Source of the DNA: Paraspadella gotoi
Taxonomy: Eukaryota > Animalia > Chaetognatha
Assembly: GCA_051294375.1 (NCBI GenBank)
Contig: CM119270.1
Location: forward strand, 1,880,811-1,944,810
Direction: 5' to 3'
DNA: 64,000 bases
Shown here: piece by piece, positions 61,549 to 64,000 of the stretch
How the letters are laid out: each line of letters starts with the position of its first letter
Numbering within the stretch: position 1 is the first letter of the stretch
Position numbers and translations under genes: made by a program
The notes under the pieces: generated by a model
The model's database searches: none
Told to the model about the DNA's origin: nothing
Seen by the model: the letters and a program-made list of their open reading frames with translations, nothing else

Positions 61549-63492
61549 TGTAACAATATAGCTGCTATATGTCGCGGCAATTGCGCGGATTAATTTAATT
61601 GCATATATAACTTTCTAACAAAAAAAAAAAAATTTGTTGTTGTTATATACTGTACTTTTGGACGGTCGGGGCCCACTATTGCCAAATTATACTTCTAAAA
61701 TGGAGTTGAGAAGAGAGAGTATTGTCAAATTAAAAACATTACTTTTTTTGTTAATTCTACCATTTTTAAAATTTTAATTGGTAAATTTTTTTTTAGTGGT
61801 ATATAGTTTAATATTTTTATTCTTTTTTAAATAATTTTTTGAGTTGGGATAATATTTATAAATTAAAGTTAAATATGCAAATATTGAAGTTTGACCTCGG
61901 TCTGGTTTCTTCTTAAAAAAAAAACGAGCATCTAAAAATTTCATTCAAGATTAAAACTTTTTGTTAAGATGAGTGAACATAAATTTTTTTTGATAAGTAT
62001 GAAAAATATTAGAAAGGAATAAGAGTCGTTCCTACTTCAGATACGTGTCGAAAAAACCGTGAGTTCAGCTCGCAGGGCGGGTCCAGCTCTCTCTCTCTAT
62101 CTTTCTTCCTCTCTCCTCTTCTCTCTCCTCTCTTCTCCGATCTTGTTTTTCTTTTCCTATTATTTTTTCCGCCATTTATTCCGCGTTTTATTCTCAATAA
62201 TAAATGCCCATTACAGTCCGAGAGATTTTGTCCCGTAGAATTTTTTTTTTTTTAAAAAATTTTGATTAATTCGTTTATATAGAACGAGGGAAACTGACCA
62301 GCCTCTCTCTCTAAATCTTTCTCTCTCTCTCTTCTCTCCTCCCTCTCTCTTCTCTCTCTCTCTCTCTCCTCTGACTTTCATTTCTATCTGCACGTTTCCG
62401 CATTTGTGTGTTTTTTATTTTACGATGGAATGACCGTTACATCGCGTCATGAATGACTATCATCGCATCAATGATGATTATCACATAAATAATAATGATA
62501 TACACAAATCAAAAATGATGACCTATCATCGCACATCAAATCATTTGATTAATCAAATCACTATCAGTTAATTTATTATCATCGCATCAAATAATTGGTT
62601 ATCATTCGGCTCAATTATTTAGTTATCATCGCATAAGTATTTGGTTAACCCAGTCGAAAGCTGGCTCGAATCCCCTGTTGCTTTTAAGATTTTTTCCTAA
62701 ATTCTGATTGCTCGTTTCGTTGGCGGGATGTTCACCATCTCTCCTTCTCGCTCGCTTCGCTCTCCTCCAACTCTCGTCACCTCACACTCCCATCCTCCGC
62801 TCTGTCCCGGCGTCGGTCTCTCTCGTCTCTCTCTTTCACTCATTACACGCATTTGTGTTGTTTTATTTACGATGAATGAATGACTATCATCGCATCAATG
62901 AATGACTATATCATCATGGCTTGATCCTTATGCTTTTAAGATTTTTTTTTTTTAAATCTAAAAACGGTAAGTCACAGTCCAACCTAAAGCGGGTGTACTC
63001 TCATTTTATAGTAAGACAAGCGTGACGGCCGACGACGACGACCGACGGACGTCACAGCTCACCCACCGAATCAATATCAACTGTAACGGCTTCGCCGTCA
63101 TGGCTTGATAAAAAACAATATTGTTACAAAATCATGAACATGAAAAAGTCATTTATAAAAACTATTTTACTTTCGCTAATAAATCTGTTGGCTGACATTT
63201 TTTTAGCAGACCGTCTATCTTCTAGTTTTCTGATTTATTTCATTCGTTTTTAAAAATCATTTCATTGAACAGGAATCGTCAACTAAAATAAGTGAAGATT
63301 ACATCATCGTTTGTATTCTATCGCTTGTTATTGTTAGGTAGTTTTAATCGCGCTGAAATAGGCTTGCAAAAATGTGAAGGAAAAAAATTTAATAATAAAA
63401 ATTAATTAAAGTAATTATTCGCAGTGATTTTGTTTTATCTTGAATTCTAAACTACTAAAAGTTGCTAACCGCAGCCAAATCTTTTCGAAACC

Positions 63493-64000
63493 ATTTGTAA
63501 TTGTCTGCGCAGGAGGCAAACAAAAGAAAAGGATCTAGATCAATGTCATGTTCAGGGGGGGAAGTCATGTTCGAAATGGGAAATAAATGTATAAAATTAT
63601 AATTTGTTCATTTCATATTAATAATTCGGTATGAATGATCTTACCCTGGAATAAATGAACATATTCTGATTTAAATTAAATTAACCATTAAAAAAGAAAA
63701 GTTACTCGAGAAACCATTAACTTACCCAAGAATATATGTAAACTTTTTCTGCTATAAAGAAATATACTAAGAAATAAAACGAACTTTGTCCGGTATATAC
63801 AAACTTATCCGGAAACAAATAAACTGATTCTGGTATGAATTAACTTAGCCGGGAATATTTTAACTCACCCTGAAATTTTTCTACTTCTGCGATTTTGAAA
63901 AAACTTCTCGATCTCAAATTTGCGTGAAAAGGAATCACCAGCGACTCGATAGGCGGCGCTTGTTTGATGTTGTTGCGAAATTTGATCTGCGGAAGAAAAA
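63493..64000 (+). repeat. Apparently exact copy of ~51478-51985 (two DTHD1-like exons), likely assembly duplication
   Basis: Identical where compared, including apparent indel errors. Confidence 0.85.

Larger units (their letters stand above)
57512..62945 (+). mobile_element. HINE-like family 2, inner copy inserted in opposite orientation into the outer copy
   Basis: Starts CCATGAGCCCGGCGAAGCCGTTCAGGCTTGATA and ends TCATCATGGCTTGATCCTTATGCTTTTAAGATTTTT. Segments 57690-58600 and 61555-62945 are reverse complements of parts of 55790-57510 and of 54506-55790. Confidence 0.65.
54506..63112 (-). mobile_element. HINE-like family 2, outer copy, inserted in an intron of the - DTHD1-like copy
   Basis: Termini GATCAAGCCATGATGA (~54525) and TCATGGCTTGATAAAAAA (~63100), with a 5' hairpin (ACGGCGAAGCCGT) and a (GTC)n tract. 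Flanks at 54490 and 63115 are contiguous in the + gene copy at the T-run ~25575-25582. Confidence 0.7.

Noticed and set aside
63493-64000. Third copy of DTHD1-like exons
   Set aside because: Identical to ~51478-51985 including apparent errors and joined abruptly; most likely an assembly overlap artefact.

Overview
This is AT-rich eukaryotic (invertebrate animal-type) draft-assembly DNA with N-gaps and indel-rich stretches, so most ORF-track entries are microsatellite or intron noise. Four intron-split genes are supported. (1) A DTHD1/PIDD-type ZU5-ZU5-UPA-death-domain gene occurs twice in inverted orientation: the + copy at ~16.4-30.3 kb carries the 5' part and the - copy at 47.5-54.5 kb carries the 3' part; the joint model ends in two tandem death domains. 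(2) An uncharacterised coiled-coil gene lies at 39947-46052 (+). (3) A small, possibly secreted-precursor gene lies at 35077-37115 (-). (4) A decayed BTB/BACK-like fragment lies at ~32.3-33.0 kb. Mobile DNA includes two DINE-1/HINE-like (Helentron-type) families, Tc1-like MITEs, and a three-layer nested insertion of ~8.6 kb whose empty site is visible in the other gene copy. The most unusual signal is that intronic minisatellites are amplified splice junctions, and the best-kept ones preserve reading frame. These are ~15 candidate 12-nt microexons separated by 34-nt GT-AG spacers (43.7-44.4 kb), ~30 in-frame 42-nt alternative acceptors (18.7-20.05 kb), and a 60-nt in-frame donor duplication. 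All gene models are manual reconstructions; no searches were run.
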